Positions 39,446 to 50,183 are shown, counted from the stretch's first letter. The stretch is 64,000 bases of DNA from Candidatus Bathyarchaeota archaeon (GCA_963828195.1 CAWHDT010000002.1:1-64000); one strand, 5' to 3'. Numbers and translations are program-made. Notes: generated from the sequence alone by a model not told the origin.

Positions 39446-41236
39446 ATGACCAGCAGCACTAATCAGGAAATCACTTGGGATCTAAGTGAGCTTTTTCCCA
39501 GAATCACTGACCCCTCCGTTGAAAAAACATTGAATACAGCAAAGGTTTTTGCAGATGACTTTGAGGGCAAATACCGGGGAAAAATAGCCTCCCTTGAGCC
39601 TACCAATCTGCTCCGTTGCATCCAGGAGTTGGAAGATTTTGATGTTAAGCTCGGCGACGTTTCGCTTTTTGCTGGCTTGTCTTTTTCGGCTAACATGACG
39701 TTGCCTGAGGTGCAGGCGCTTTATGATAGGGTGAGCAAGTTTGAGGCGCAGTTGGGTAAGCAGTTGGCGTTTTTTTCGCTGGAACTTGGTGCGCTTGTGA
39801 AAGCTAAGCCCGAAATTATTGACGAGCCAGTTTTGTCTGTGTACAAACATATGTTGGAACGCGTGCAACGTCGTGTGGCTCATCAGCTTAGCGAGGTGGA
39901 GGAGCAGCTTATCATCGAGAAGGACCAGTTTGGGGTTCAAGGTTGGGAGGAGCTGCAGAGTAAATGGCTAAACACCCGCACCTTCGACATCATGGTTCTT
40001 GGGGAGAAGAAGACGTTGAGCTACGGCGAAGCAAACGGATTATTGTCTCACCCTGACAGGGCAACTCGGGAGTCGGCGAACCGAGCGATTTACGGGTTGC
40101 TTGGCAGAGACGGCGAAGTTTTCTCTGCAGCTCTGCGCAGCATCTGCAACGACTGGGTCACCGTTTCGCAGCGCAGAAAATACGCCTCGCCCATGGAGTC
40201 CAGCCTCATGAACAATGACACCGAAGAGGCAATAATTGAGAATCTGCTGAAAGCGATAGAAGAAAACTCTGGAGCGTATCGCCGTTACCTTAAACTTAAA
40301 GCTAAATTCATGAACCTGCCCGTCCTCGGAAACCACGACATCGTCGCCCCCCTACCCGAAGCGCCCGAATTGAAATACACGTTTGAAGAAGCCCAAAGCC
40401 TCATCACACGCGCATACAGCCGCTTCGACGAAGAATACGCCGCGGCAGTCAAAGAAATGTTTGCAAAACGCCGCATCGATGCAACTCCAAGGTTTGGGAA
40501 ACGCAACGGTGCCTTCTGCGCAAGCTGGTATCGAGGCAAATCAGCCTTCATCCTTGACAGCTTCAACGGAAACCTCAGCGACGTTTACACGTTAGCGCAT
40601 GAGTTGGGACATGCTACCCACGATTACTACATGTCTCGGAGCCAAACGCTCATGAACACAGCCGTGCCGTCCACTGTAGCGGAGACCGCATCTATTTTCG
40701 GCGAATTATTACTGACAGACCTCCTGCTTAGCGAGGCGAAATCAAGCAAAGAGCAGAAAGAAATTCTGTGCCAAGTTCTCGACGAATCAGGAATGACGAC
40801 TTTTCAAGTTACCGCCCGCGTCTGGTTCGAGCAGGCGCTCTACGCCTCCATTCAGAAAGGCGAATACCTTGATTACCCAACTATCTGCAAGCACTGGACA
40901 GCAGCACGCGACCGCATTTTCGGCGACGCAGTCACGTGGTTCCCAGAAATGGAGGCTGAATGGACCATGAAACCGCATTATTACATGGCGAACTACCGCT
41001 TCTACAACTACCCCTACGTCTACGCCCAAATGTTCGTCTACAGCCTCTACGAGCGGTACCTCGAAGAGGGCAAAGCGTTCGTGCCTAAACTGGTCAAGGC
41101 ATTGGCGGCGGGAAGCAGCGTATCACCAGTGGAAATCGGCAAAATCGTCGGCTTAAACGTGGCAGACCCCAGCTTCTGGAACGGCGGCTTAAAAGTGTTC
41201 AAACGCTTCATAACTGACCTGGAAAAAGTCACTTAA
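39446..41236 (+). CDS. pepF: M3B oligoendopeptidase F
   Basis: WDLSELF, GKR.GAFC, HELGH zinc motif, AETAS.F.E, PHYY...FYNYPY. Confidence 0.93.
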   Translation: MTSSTNQEITWDLSELFPRITDPSVEKTLNTAKVFADDFEGKYRGKIASLEPTNLLRCIQELEDFDVKLGDVSLFAGLSFSANMTLPEVQALYDRVSKFEAQLGKQLAFFSLELGALVKAKPEIIDEPVLSVYKHMLERVQRRVAHQLSEVEEQLIIEKDQFGVQGWEELQSKWLNTRTFDIMVLGEKKTLSYGEANGLLSHPDRATRESANRAIYGLLGRDGEVFSAALRSICNDWVTVSQRRKYASPMESSLMNNDTEEAIIENLLKAIEENSGAYRRYLKLKAKFMNLPVLGNHDIVAPLPEAPELKYTFEEAQSLITRAYSRFDEEYAAAVKEMFAKRRIDATPRFGKRNGAFCASWYRGKSAFILDSFNGNLSDVYTLAHELGHATHDYYMSRSQTLMNTAVPSTVAETASIFGELLLTDLLLSEAKSSKEQKEILCQVLDESGMTTFQVTARVWFEQALYASIQKGEYLDYPTICKHWTAARDRIFGDAVTWFPEMEAEWTMKPHYYMANYRFYNYPYVYAQMFVYSLYERYLEEGKAFVPKLVKALAAGSSVSPVEIGKIVGLNVADPSFWNGGLKVFKRFITDLEKVT

Positions 41237-41249
41237 TTTTCTGGAAGTT

Positions 41250-41999
41250 TTATTTGAAGAGGAAGATTTTTTTTATTACATCTATCCCTTTTTGAGTTAT
41301 GATGTAGTCACCTTTGTTGTCCTCTTGAATTATCAAGCCTGAATCAAGAAGCTTTTTTAAGTGAAAAATCAGATGCCCACCTTTCAAGTTACTTATCTGC
41401 GATAGCTTCGAAAAGCTTTTTTTGCCCTCATAAATGCCGAGGAAAATCTTTAGCCTTGCAGAATTAGCCAGCGGCTCCAGCACCGTCTCAACTAAACGAT
41501 CAATATTTATTTGCTCGTTGTTTTGGTCGTCAGATGCTTTTTCGACAAGAACGACTGTTTGAAAAGTTCTTTTTTGTCTTTTCAGTTTTTTCTGGAAGTT
41601 CTGGTGGCATTCTTCGCAGGGCTCTCCTTTTGTTTTTTCGGCGGTTTGCGCGATTTTGCTTATTTTAGAATCCAAGTCTGCAAGCGCGTTTTCTGGGTTT
41701 GCTTCTTGGGATAGGTTGAGGTTTTCGGTGGCGATGGCTCTAAATGTTTCGATGCATCTAAGCCGTTTTTGGCATTGGGGGTTGACTATTTCTTCTAAGT
41801 CTTCGCCAAGTTCATCCTGCATTTGCTTTGCATATAGCATGAGTCGGTTTTGGCTTAAGGCTTGCTCGACCGCTTTTACGCGCTCTTTCAGAATTGAGCC
41901 TTCTATCCTGTTTAATTCAGCTCGCAGGGTTTTTACTTCTGACTGCAGCTCCAAAAGTGAGTTTAGCATTGTTTGCGGGGTGTCTTTTTTGTTGGACAT
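41250..41999 (-). CDS. ArsR-type winged-helix regulator with Cys-containing helical N-domain
   Basis: PLAN..RL.I......G..SFS.LS......GG.L.FHL.KL...GLI......Y.IT.KG; divergent from flavodoxin. Confidence 0.85.
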   Translation of the reverse strand: MSNKKDTPQTMLNSLLELQSEVKTLRAELNRIEGSILKERVKAVEQALSQNRLMLYAKQMQDELGEDLEEIVNPQCQKRLRCIETFRAIATENLNLSQEANPENALADLDSKISKIAQTAEKTKGEPCEECHQNFQKKLKRQKRTFQTVVLVEKASDDQNNEQINIDRLVETVLEPLANSARLKIFLGIYEGKKSFSKLSQISNLKGGHLIFHLKKLLDSGLIIQEDNKGDYIITQKGIDVIKKIFLFK

Positions 42000-42094
42000 T
42001 TTGCGACCTTGTTTTGGTATATTTTTATGACCTAAAACTATATAAAATTACCTGAGCTAAGTCATCCTCAAGGAAAAATTATGGAGGTGTATAA

Positions 42095-42535
42095 TTGCCA
42101 AAAATACTAATTGCGTATTACTCTAAAACTGGAAATACCGAAAAAATCGCCAAGCTCATCGCGGAAGGAGCCAAAACCGTAAGCGGCGCAACCGTTGAGG
42201 TAAAAAACGTGGCGCAAATCAATGCGAAAGAAGCCGTTGAAGCAGATGCATTCGCGTTTGGCTCGCCAGCCTATTTCAGCATGATGTCAGGACCCCTGCT
42301 CACACTGCTCACCGAGTTTTACTTCAACAAAGAAAAACTTGCAGGCAAACCGATGGCAGCATTTGCAACCGGAGGCGGAAGCCAAGCAAAAGCGGTAGAG
42401 CACATAGAGAGCATTCTGAAAGCTTTTAACCCGAAAATTATCCAGCCAGGGCTCGCTGTCAGCAGCACCATTTCAAAAGCCGACGAACAACAGGCTAAAG
42501 CGCTTGGAGAAAAACTCGCCAAAGCAGCAGCATAA
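42095..42535 (+). CDS. Flavodoxin-like (WrbA/FprA C-terminal) protein
   Basis: YYSKTGNTEKIA, GSPAY, AF.TGG. Confidence 0.9.
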   Translation: MPKILIAYYSKTGNTEKIAKLIAEGAKTVSGATVEVKNVAQINAKEAVEADAFAFGSPAYFSMMSGPLLTLLTEFYFNKEKLAGKPMAAFATGGGSQAKAVEHIESILKAFNPKIIQPGLAVSSTISKADEQQAKALGEKLAKAAA

Positions 42536-42706
42536 AACCACCAAAAATAAAATTAGCCAAAACCAACTTCCCATTTTACCTTTTTTATTCAGACTGACTT
42601 TCTCCATTGGGAGCTTTTTCTGAAAGAACTAAATTTTAAGCGTATAGCCGCTGCACTGATGGAAATGATTAATAAGACAGAAGCAAGACATTTTTAGCTG
42701 CATTGT

Positions 42707-42829
42707 GCTGAGGTAACCAAGCCAGGTCAAAGGTGAAGGACTCAAGATCTCGACGCTTTGACTTGAGCGCCCGAATGGGAAATCCTTTCCCGCAGGGGTT
42801 CGCAGGTTCGAATCCTGCCCTCAGCACCA
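42707..42829 (+). tRNA. tRNA-Leu(CAA) with 35-nt intron (42747..42781) at position 37/38; CCA encoded
   Basis: Acceptor GCTGAGG/CCTCAGC, anticodon stem AAGGA/TCCTT, long variable arm, GCAGG-TTCGAAT-CCTGC; BHB central helix CTCA/TGGG. Confidence 0.95.
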
Positions 42830-42903
42830 ACTAATCCAGAATTTTCATAGGAAAATTTTAGTAGCCTACCCTTGTAAATGTAGTTGTTCGCTTGGTGGCT
42901 TAG

Positions 42904-43146
42904 TTGGTTAAAACAGTCTTGACAGAGCAGGACAAGAGAGACTTCAAAGCCATAGCCTTGGAACTTTTAGAAATCAGCAAGCTCGTCGATAAACTTGCCG
43001 AAACCTTGGTAAACCTAAGCGACAAAGAACTGTTGAAGCTTTGTAATGCAAGCCAAAACGGCGACCTTAAAGAAAAACAAGTAGAAAAATACGAAGAAAC
43101 GCTGGAAAAACAACTCGACATCGCCGAAAAAGAATTTCGGCAATAA
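42904..43146 (+). CDS. Small helical hypothetical protein
   Basis: 80-aa charged ORF preceded by GGTGG. Confidence 0.5.
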   Translation: MVKTVLTEQDKRDFKAIALELLEISKLVDKLAETLVNLSDKELLKLCNASQNGDLKEKQVEKYEETLEKQLDIAEKEFRQ

Positions 43147-43252
43147 TTTGACTTTAAGCACTTGAATAGGATGTTTGTCCCTGCAGGGTCTTCTTAGGAG
43201 TTGTGTAGGCATGATTGATTCTTAAATACTTCAAGTATAGTAGGTTTTGTTC

Positions 43253-44110
43253 ATGGGATATCAGCCGCGGTCTAAATCGCCTCGTGGTTCTGGTCGAGGG
43301 TCAATAAAGTCGCCGTATGATAGGGTCAAGGGTAGAGGAAGAAAGCGGAGACCTGCGGACGATTCAAAGGTGGAGGAGAAGCAGGTTGCTTCAGCGAAAG
43401 AGGTTTCGGAGAAAACCATCACGAGGCTTCGTGTTTTGGGCAACCAACGATTCGGTTCTTCCCCGTTTAGAACTCATTTTGAACGTTGGATGGTGAACCT
43501 GAAAGATGTGCTAGGCGAGTTTGAATCGAACCCAAACATTTCTTCAGATGAGCAGTTCGTGGAGGAACGGTCGCAGATAATCTCGACTGTTGAGGTTGAA
43601 CTTGAGCAGCGGCGCCGCGAGGAAACTATCCTTGAAGAAGCATATGACAGGCTTTCCAACAGCAAAATTCTTCTGAGAAAGATTAAGCAGGAATACGATG
43701 CTGGGGCAAGCAAGATTTTAGGGCGCAAAAAAAGTGAAATCAGAAGGCTGTACAAAAATGTTGATGACCTCAAAGAGGAACTGGACTATATTGTACGTAT
43801 GAGAACGGGTCTGTTCAGGGGAATCTCTAAGAAAGAAAGAGAGCAGAAGGAAACGGTGGCAATGCAGAAGCTTAACGATAAGCAAAGAGAGCTTGAGTTA
43901 GCCATGTTGGATTTGACCGAGACGAAAGAAAGGCTTCGAGACGCTTACGACGCAAAGAAACAGCCGATAATGGATCAGATACGGGATAGCCAGCGTAAAA
44001 TTGCGAGCCTTGAGACCGATGGTTCTTTGGAGCAAAGATGGTTTGCCTGCGAAGCCCTCGTGGACGCGGTAAACACGCTTCTCGAAAGAAAAACGCTTAA
44101 GCTTCCTTGA
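43253..44110 (+). CDS. Coiled-coil hypothetical protein with basic N-terminal tail
   Basis: R/K/G-rich N-terminus followed by heptad-rich helices. Confidence 0.7.
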   Translation: MGYQPRSKSPRGSGRGSIKSPYDRVKGRGRKRRPADDSKVEEKQVASAKEVSEKTITRLRVLGNQRFGSSPFRTHFERWMVNLKDVLGEFESNPNISSDEQFVEERSQIISTVEVELEQRRREETILEEAYDRLSNSKILLRKIKQEYDAGASKILGRKKSEIRRLYKNVDDLKEELDYIVRMRTGLFRGISKKEREQKETVAMQKLNDKQRELELAMLDLTETKERLRDAYDAKKQPIMDQIRDSQRKIASLETDGSLEQRWFACEALVDAVNTLLERKTLKLP

Positions 44111-44137
44111 GCATTTTTACAACACGTTTGGGCAACT

Positions 44138-46435
44138 TTACTTGGTTTCTTCAGGTTGCAATGGTTCTTTTTGTTCGCCCAAATTGGTCCGGTTAATTGG
44201 CTCCGCGTTTGCTTGCGGTTTTTTCCTTCTCCGTTTCTGATAAGAGTAGCCCACGGCGGAAACGGCGGCTGCCACTGCAACCGCTGAGACGGTTAACGGC
44301 AACGCTAGGCTGGTTTTTGAAGTAACTTGGTAGGGACGCATCATCTCGTTGTCCTCGTGCTCGAGAAGGTGGCAGTGCCACACGTATCCTGGTCCAGCGG
44401 TTGCGTCGAACGGAAAACCAGTGCCATCTTGCTGTGCAAAGCGGACGCGGAGGGTTACGACTTCGCTGGAGTTCACTAGGATCGTGTCTTTCCAGCCTTG
44501 CTCGTACGGTTGAGGGGGTATAACCAAATTTGAGAGATAATGGCTGAGGTCCGGGACATTTACTGTTGGGTGAGTAAGCGGAGGTTCCCCGTTTAGCGCA
44601 ATCCAGTCTTCCATGTATGCTGTCGGGTCGAACGCTTCTCTTTGAACCAGTTGGAATTGAATGAGGTGCAGATGGATTGGATGCTGATCCATCGTTGGGT
44701 TGACAATTATCCAGTCTTCGGTTGCTCCCACTTCAGGTTTTTCGGAGATGGGGGCGCTCCAGTTTTGCCCATCAAGTAGCGCTTCTTCCATTATGCTGTT
44801 TTGATTCGTGACTTCGAACAGGGTGAGAATTCTTTGTTTTGTTGCTGTTGGCAAGGTGGGAAAACTGCCGACTGGAAGCGTCGGGTTAAAAGGGGTCGGG
44901 GCCTGAGCAAGACTGAAAGGCGTGGTTCCTGTTTGGCTGGTAGCGGTGAATTGGATTATTTGACCCACCGTTTGTGTTTCCTCGGCGGTGTTTGATGTTA
45001 AAGCGCTGTTTTGAAGAATTACTGTTTTCCCTGGAGACAGATTAGAGAAGTCCACTATGATGTCGGCGCGTTCTGCAGGGGCCAGAAGCAGGGAAGTTAA
45101 TGTGATTGGCGCTTGGAGGTAGCCGCCGTCGCTTCCTATCTGGATGAAAGACATTCCGTTTGAGAATTTGATTTCATAAAACCTGGTGTTTGACCCGTTC
45201 AAGATTCTAAATCGATATTGCCCCATGTCAACGTTCATGTTAGGCCAGACTTTGCCGTTGACCATGATGGCGTTGCCTAAGAAACTGTTGACCCAGTAGG
45301 GATGGACAACAGTGTCGGCGCCGACATACGGATAGTTGATTGAGCCGTCGGTGTTGAATGTTCGGTCTTGAATCACAAGCGGCATCTCGTATTTTCCAGT
45401 CGGTAGCAGAGGCGCAACTTTGTCGCTTCCATTAGTTTCCCTTATGAGGTAGAAACCGGCGAGCCCTGACATTACATTGAGGCGAGTAACTCCTAAGGCG
45501 TGGTCGTGGTACCAAAGCGTTGTGGGTTGCTGCGTATTAGGGTAATAGTAGACTGAGGCGTTTGAATCAGCCTTGATGTAGGTGCTGTATGCGGGACCAT
45601 GCTGCCCGCTTGATGTAAACCACCCTTCTGGGCCTCCATCGTAGAAGGATTGGTTTTGGCCGCCGTGAAGATGAGTGACAAGAGGCACAGGACTCTGTAC
45701 GCCAGAAAAACCTGGCGGATACGCCGGAAAGGGCGTTGTGAACCCTGAATAATTGCTTGGGTTAGCCCAGTGAATGGTAGGGTTGACTGCAAACAGATAA
45801 GGCGAGGAAATGTTGTTTTGCCACTCCACTTGGATGGGGATGCCTCTTGTGGCTTCAAACGTGGGGCCGGGGCTGCTTTGAACAAGGCCTAAGGATGCCC
45901 CTGTCAACGCATCATTTGCTTCGCCGCCGTATCCCCAAACTGCGGTGGGCAGATTCATCGAGGGCGGGAGAATTTGCTGTGTGAAACTGGCCATTGCAAC
46001 CGTGTATTCTTGTCGAATTACCTTGCCCTGGCTGGTCACCGCTTTGGGTGCATACACGGGCGGAGGAGCAGTCAACTGGTTTTCAAACAAGGGGATACTT
46101 GTCGGATCTAAAAGGGCTAGCGTGGACAACTCAAGAGGCTCAACCAACCCCATTTCCACATTTCCATTTGATTTTAAAAGAATTTGACCTGCGGCTTTCG
46201 GCATCAGGTTCAGGGATTTTAATGGGTCTTCAAGAAAAATTGTGGCTAAGCCTCCGCCCGCCATCATGGCTGAGAGCTTCAGGAATTCTCTTCGATCAAA
46301 TTCATGGCGGACAACTTTCGCCTCAACGTTATTAACAGCCGAAGGAGAAGGCAGATTATGCTCAGGTCTAAGATCTGCAGATTTGCCGCTCTTTTCTTTT
46401 TGATGCTGACCTCTAAAATTCTTCAGCTTACCCAT
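44138..46435 (-). CDS. Tat-exported multicopper oxidase (CotA/bilirubin oxidase type) with C-terminal TM anchor
   Basis: DRREFLKL Tat motif; HLHG, WYHDH, HPIHLH and WHCHLLEHEDNEMM copper ligands; TM + KRRRKK tail. Confidence 0.93.
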   Translation of the reverse strand: MGKLKNFRGQHQKEKSGKSADLRPEHNLPSPSAVNNVEAKVVRHEFDRREFLKLSAMMAGGGLATIFLEDPLKSLNLMPKAAGQILLKSNGNVEMGLVEPLELSTLALLDPTSIPLFENQLTAPPPVYAPKAVTSQGKVIRQEYTVAMASFTQQILPPSMNLPTAVWGYGGEANDALTGASLGLVQSSPGPTFEATRGIPIQVEWQNNISSPYLFAVNPTIHWANPSNYSGFTTPFPAYPPGFSGVQSPVPLVTHLHGGQNQSFYDGGPEGWFTSSGQHGPAYSTYIKADSNASVYYYPNTQQPTTLWYHDHALGVTRLNVMSGLAGFYLIRETNGSDKVAPLLPTGKYEMPLVIQDRTFNTDGSINYPYVGADTVVHPYWVNSFLGNAIMVNGKVWPNMNVDMGQYRFRILNGSNTRFYEIKFSNGMSFIQIGSDGGYLQAPITLTSLLLAPAERADIIVDFSNLSPGKTVILQNSALTSNTAEETQTVGQIIQFTATSQTGTTPFSLAQAPTPFNPTLPVGSFPTLPTATKQRILTLFEVTNQNSIMEEALLDGQNWSAPISEKPEVGATEDWIIVNPTMDQHPIHLHLIQFQLVQREAFDPTAYMEDWIALNGEPPLTHPTVNVPDLSHYLSNLVIPPQPYEQGWKDTILVNSSEVVTLRVRFAQQDGTGFPFDATAGPGYVWHCHLLEHEDNEMMRPYQVTSKTSLALPLTVSAVAVAAAVSAVGYSYQKRRRKKPQANAEPINRTNLGEQKEPLQPEETK

Positions 46436-46657
46436 AATCTCAACCGATTGAGCGCTTCAATTAGCTATGGCTCTCAAATCTGCTAAAACAGATTTTGCTT
46501 CTTAAAAGTATGTGACTGCATCGCCACACCAACAATCACCATCTTATTCGGACGCCACCCTGTTTCCCAGTGATTAATGCAAATAAGAATGTTGGAGTAA
46601 GTTAACAGTAAAACCGAAAGAATAGCGAAATAGAGTGTAAAGACACTGGCTACTTGC

Positions 46658-47164
46658 TTATTTGCTTTTTTTGTCTCCAGGTTCTTGGAATAGCTTCTTT
46701 ATTGCGCTTATTCTTGCTTTCTGCGCCAGCGTATCGCTTGTTACCAGTGTTAATGCTTCTTCAGGGCACCATTTGATGCATTGTGGTCCATCAGCTTTGT
46801 CTTTGCATAGGTCGCAGACGTAAACTACTTTGGTTTCAGGATGCAGCATTATGGCGCCGTAGTCGCATGCTTCGATGCACCAGCCGCAGCCGTTGCATTT
46901 GTCCGGATCTATAGTTATTGTTCCCGTTTCTTCGTTTTGAGTAAGTGCTTCTCTTGGGCAAGCCGCTACACATGCTGGTTCTTCGCAGAGTCGGCAAGTG
47001 ACTGACATGTTGGCTAACTGGTTAACCCGCACGACACGAATGCGTGACTTAAGGGGGTTGAAGGCTTTCTCCTTAGTGAAAGAGCAAGCGTACTCGCACA
47101 CTTGGCAGCCGACGCATTTTTCCGGGTCAACGGAAACAAATTTTCTGTCATGAATCTTTACCAT
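46658..47164 (-). CDS. 4Fe-4S dicluster protein (AOR small subunit, HydN/DmsB-like)
   Basis: CxxCxxCxxxC motifs; 3 nt downstream of the AOR gene. Confidence 0.92.
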   Translation of the reverse strand: MVKIHDRKFVSVDPEKCVGCQVCEYACSFTKEKAFNPLKSRIRVVRVNQLANMSVTCRLCEEPACVAACPREALTQNEETGTITIDPDKCNGCGWCIEACDYGAIMLHPETKVVYVCDLCKDKADGPQCIKWCPEEALTLVTSDTLAQKARISAIKKLFQEPGDKKSK

Positions 47165-47167
47165 TTT

Positions 47168-49025
47168 TTATGCCTCTTTCCCCACTATCATGCTGGATAA
47201 GTCGTCCATACCCAACTTTTCTAGTTGAGACTTTGTTGGCACTCCGTCGGCTGTCCAACCGCGTGATTGGTAATAGTCATCCAGCAACAAATCAAGCTCC
47301 TCTTGAGTTACAACTGCTCCTTTTACTGGTCCATCGTCGGGGATGGGATGGTTCATAACTTTCCAAGGCAACGTATCGTCTTTGCGGCTTAATCCTTCTC
47401 TAACATTGATTAGGCGGGCAAGGGTGTTTATTCTCTGGCCCGCAAGACTGAGTTCTTCAGGGGTCATTTCGTACCCAGTTACTAAAGTGTAGAGCTTAGC
47501 CATGTCCGCTAGTTCCTTGTACAGTGTGCCTTTTGCGTTTTTGCAGATGATGAGCGAATCAAGTAACGCGTAAACGTCTTCGGCGTCTTTGACAAGTTTC
47601 CCGCGGCCTTTTTCGGCTTTCAAACGGTCAACTTTACCTGTCAGGTCAAAGGTGTAAGCGCCGCTTCGGTTGTGGTCTGCGCCTCGGAAGGACACAGCAA
47701 AACTTAAAGCGGCGGTTTTTAAGCAACGCAAATCGTAGCCTGTAACTTCTAAGCCCTTAATGTTTTGAGCTAGCTTATCCGAGCCTTTACCGATTTTAGC
47801 CGCGGCTGCTTTTACGCCGTCAGCTAGAACATCACCGATTCCTTCCCGTTTGCCAATTTTCTCTATTAGTTGCAGCAGCGCTTCTGCGTTGCCAAAGTGC
47901 GCGTCAATTCCGCCGAGCTCTTCATGCGTGAGGATTCCGGTTTCATGGCAATCCATGACGAAACTGACGGTCACACCGGTGCTTTGAGCGTCAAGGCCAA
48001 AGTAGTTGCAGAGTTCAGCAGCTTTTATTATTGCGTCAAGCCTATCTACGCCGCAGTTTGGTCCAAGCGCCCACACATTATCATATTCCATCCGCGCCAT
48101 AGTCCCCTTGTAGGGTCCATCTCGAACCACAGCTTCATGTTCGCACCGCATAGCGCATGAGTTGCATGCGATTATTTTTGCGATGTACCGCTCGTTTAGG
48201 GTTTCGCCGCTTACTCTTTCGGCGGTTTCGAAATGAGCGTTGTTATAGTTGCGTGTAGGCATGCAGAACATGGCGTTTTGAACCATGATGTTTTCTGTTG
48301 TACCTAAAGTTCGATATTTCTGAGCTGCTGGTCCCTTCATTCTTTCATGGAATTCTTTTACCATTTCTATGAATTCCTCTGGCTTGGCGACAACTATGTC
48401 GCGGGTTCCTCTGACAGCGATTGCTTTGAGGTTCTTTGAGCCCATAACTGCGCCTAAACCTGTTCTTCCCGCAGCACGGGTTTTCTCGTTAATTATGTTT
48501 GCTATTTTTGATAGCTTTTCACCAGCTAAACCTATAGATGCAACCCGCACGTAGTAATCCCCAATCTCATCTTTAATAGCGTCTTCTGTTTCAGATGGCG
48601 ATTTGCCCCAAATTTGTTCAGCATCAAGCAACTGGACTGAATCATCATCAATCCATAAGTAAACAGGTTTTTCGGCTTTTCCAGTTAAAATAACAGCGTC
48701 GTATCCTGCTCTTTTTATTTCTGCGCCAAAAGTGCCGTGGCTTACTGCTTCCCCGACGCCGTTGGTTGCCGGCGATTTTGAAATAAAAGCGTGACCGTTT
48801 CCAGCTGTTGGAAACATCGTTCCTGAAATTGGACCGACCGCTAAAACCAGCGGATTCTCCGGGTTAAATGCGTCTACGCCTGCTTTTGAATTGGCTAGCC
48901 AAAGTTTCATGCCTAAGCCTATGCCGCCTATGTATTTTTTGGCGGTTTCCCTCATCTAGTTTTTCTAGGCGAGTTTTGCCTGTGGACAAATCAACGCGTA
49001 AAACTCTTCCTGCGTAACCGAGCAA
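47168..49025 (-). CDS. aor: Tungsten-type aldehyde:ferredoxin oxidoreductase, with +1 frameshift near 48950
   Basis: N-terminus MLGYAGRVLRVDLSTG (TTG 49025, SD GGAGG) is out of frame with the body (GR.GLGAVMGSKNLKAI, C..C...C, YY..RGW..DG.P); one extra G in GAG-G-GAA. Confidence 0.88.
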
Positions 49026-49252
49026 ACCTGTTCCTCCGTTATTTTTAGAGTATTAGTCAGTTGAAAAGTATATTAACTTAATGGGTTTCTAATTTGGAAA
49101 TTCACGGCTAAAACGGAGTCTTCTGCGACCCGTCATGCATAAACAGTCATAACGGTTTTTCTATGATATAGCAGGTTGAAGTTCAGTTTGATAGAGAAAA
49201 AACATATCAGACGCTACCGTTAATCTTTCCTAGAGCCGGGCAAGGTAGAATC

Positions 49253-49540
49253 ATGAAGATAAAAGTCCACTACATCAGTCTAGTTAAAAGTTTTACAAAA
49301 ACAAGTCAAGACGAATTCGACCTCAAAGAAAGCGCAGATCTGGCGGACCTTTTAGAAAAAATCGCCGAGAAACATGGAAAGCCATTCACTCAAGAAGTCT
49401 ATGACCAAGACAAGAAAGAAATGAAACCCACCTTTGTAGCAATGGTTAACGGCGTCTTAATGGACCAACTGAAAGGCGTTAACACATCGCTGAAAGACGG
49501 CGACAACATAATTCTTATGTCGCTTGTGACAGGCGGCTAA
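49253..49540 (+). CDS. MoaD/ThiS/SAMP ubiquitin-like sulfur carrier
   Basis: Beta-grasp pattern VNG...L.DGD.I.L....GG C-terminus; divergent from aor. Confidence 0.9.
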   Translation: MKIKVHYISLVKSFTKTSQDEFDLKESADLADLLEKIAEKHGKPFTQEVYDQDKKEMKPTFVAMVNGVLMDQLKGVNTSLKDGDNIILMSLVTGG

Positions 49541-49544
49541 AAAA

Positions 49545-50183
49545 TTGTTTTCTGCCGCTAAAAACGAAAAACCAAAAACCGTTTACTGGCTAGACAATAA
49601 GCTTTACCTAAACATAACTAACAAGTGCTCAAACGCCTGTTTTTTCTGTCTCAAAAATTTTAAGCGAGGAGTCGATGGCTTCAACCTTAAATTACCAGCA
49701 GAACCAAACCTTGCTCAGATCACAGGTGAGCTTGGCGGCGTTTTAAACATGAGAGGTTGGGATGAAGCGATTTTTTGTGGTTTCGGCGAGCCGACAGAGA
49801 GGTTGGATGTTTTGTTGGAAATCACGCGGTGGATACGGCAGAATTATGGCAGGCCACTGAAAATCCGCGTTAACACGAACGGGCACGGCTACGTTCTTAA
49901 TCACGGTAGGGACGTGGCGGCGGAGTTGAAGAAGGCTGGCGTGGACAAGGTAAGCGTCAGCTTAAACGCTGGAGATAGAGAAACCTACATGGAGATTTGC
50001 AAGCCAACTTTTGCTGATGCATACGAGGCAGTGATTGATTTCATACGAAAGACCAAGCCTGTGCTCCAAGTTGAGGTTACGGCTATAAGAATGCCAGAAG
50101 TAGACATGGTAAAAGCTCAGGCTGCCGCTGACTCATCAGGTGTCAAGTTTAGAATTAGGGATTATATTCCATGTTTTTATTGA
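49545..50183 (+). CDS. Radical SAM protein of the TatD-associated type
   Basis: LYLNITNKCSNACFFC, FCGFGEP, RVNTNG.G, SVSLNA. Confidence 0.85.
   Translation: MFSAAKNEKPKTVYWLDNKLYLNITNKCSNACFFCLKNFKRGVDGFNLKLPAEPNLAQITGELGGVLNMRGWDEAIFCGFGEPTERLDVLLEITRWIRQNYGRPLKIRVNTNGHGYVLNHGRDVAAELKKAGVDKVSVSLNAGDRETYMEICKPTFADAYEAVIDFIRKTKPVLQVEVTAIRMPEVDMVKAQAAADSSGVKFRIRDYIPCFY

Noticed and set aside
42747-42781. Nested second intron suggested by CTTGAG complementary to the anticodon loop
   Set aside because: The alternative pairing lacks a flanking helix; one canonical 37/38 intron explains the gene
42707-44110. Integrated element at tRNA-Leu
   Set aside because: No integrase and no duplicated tRNA 3' end seen in the window
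48945-48951. Programmed -1 frameshift at G GGA AAC in aor
   Set aside because: The heptamer fits X XXY YYZ, but a -1 shift reaches a stop within a few codons; the gene needs +1
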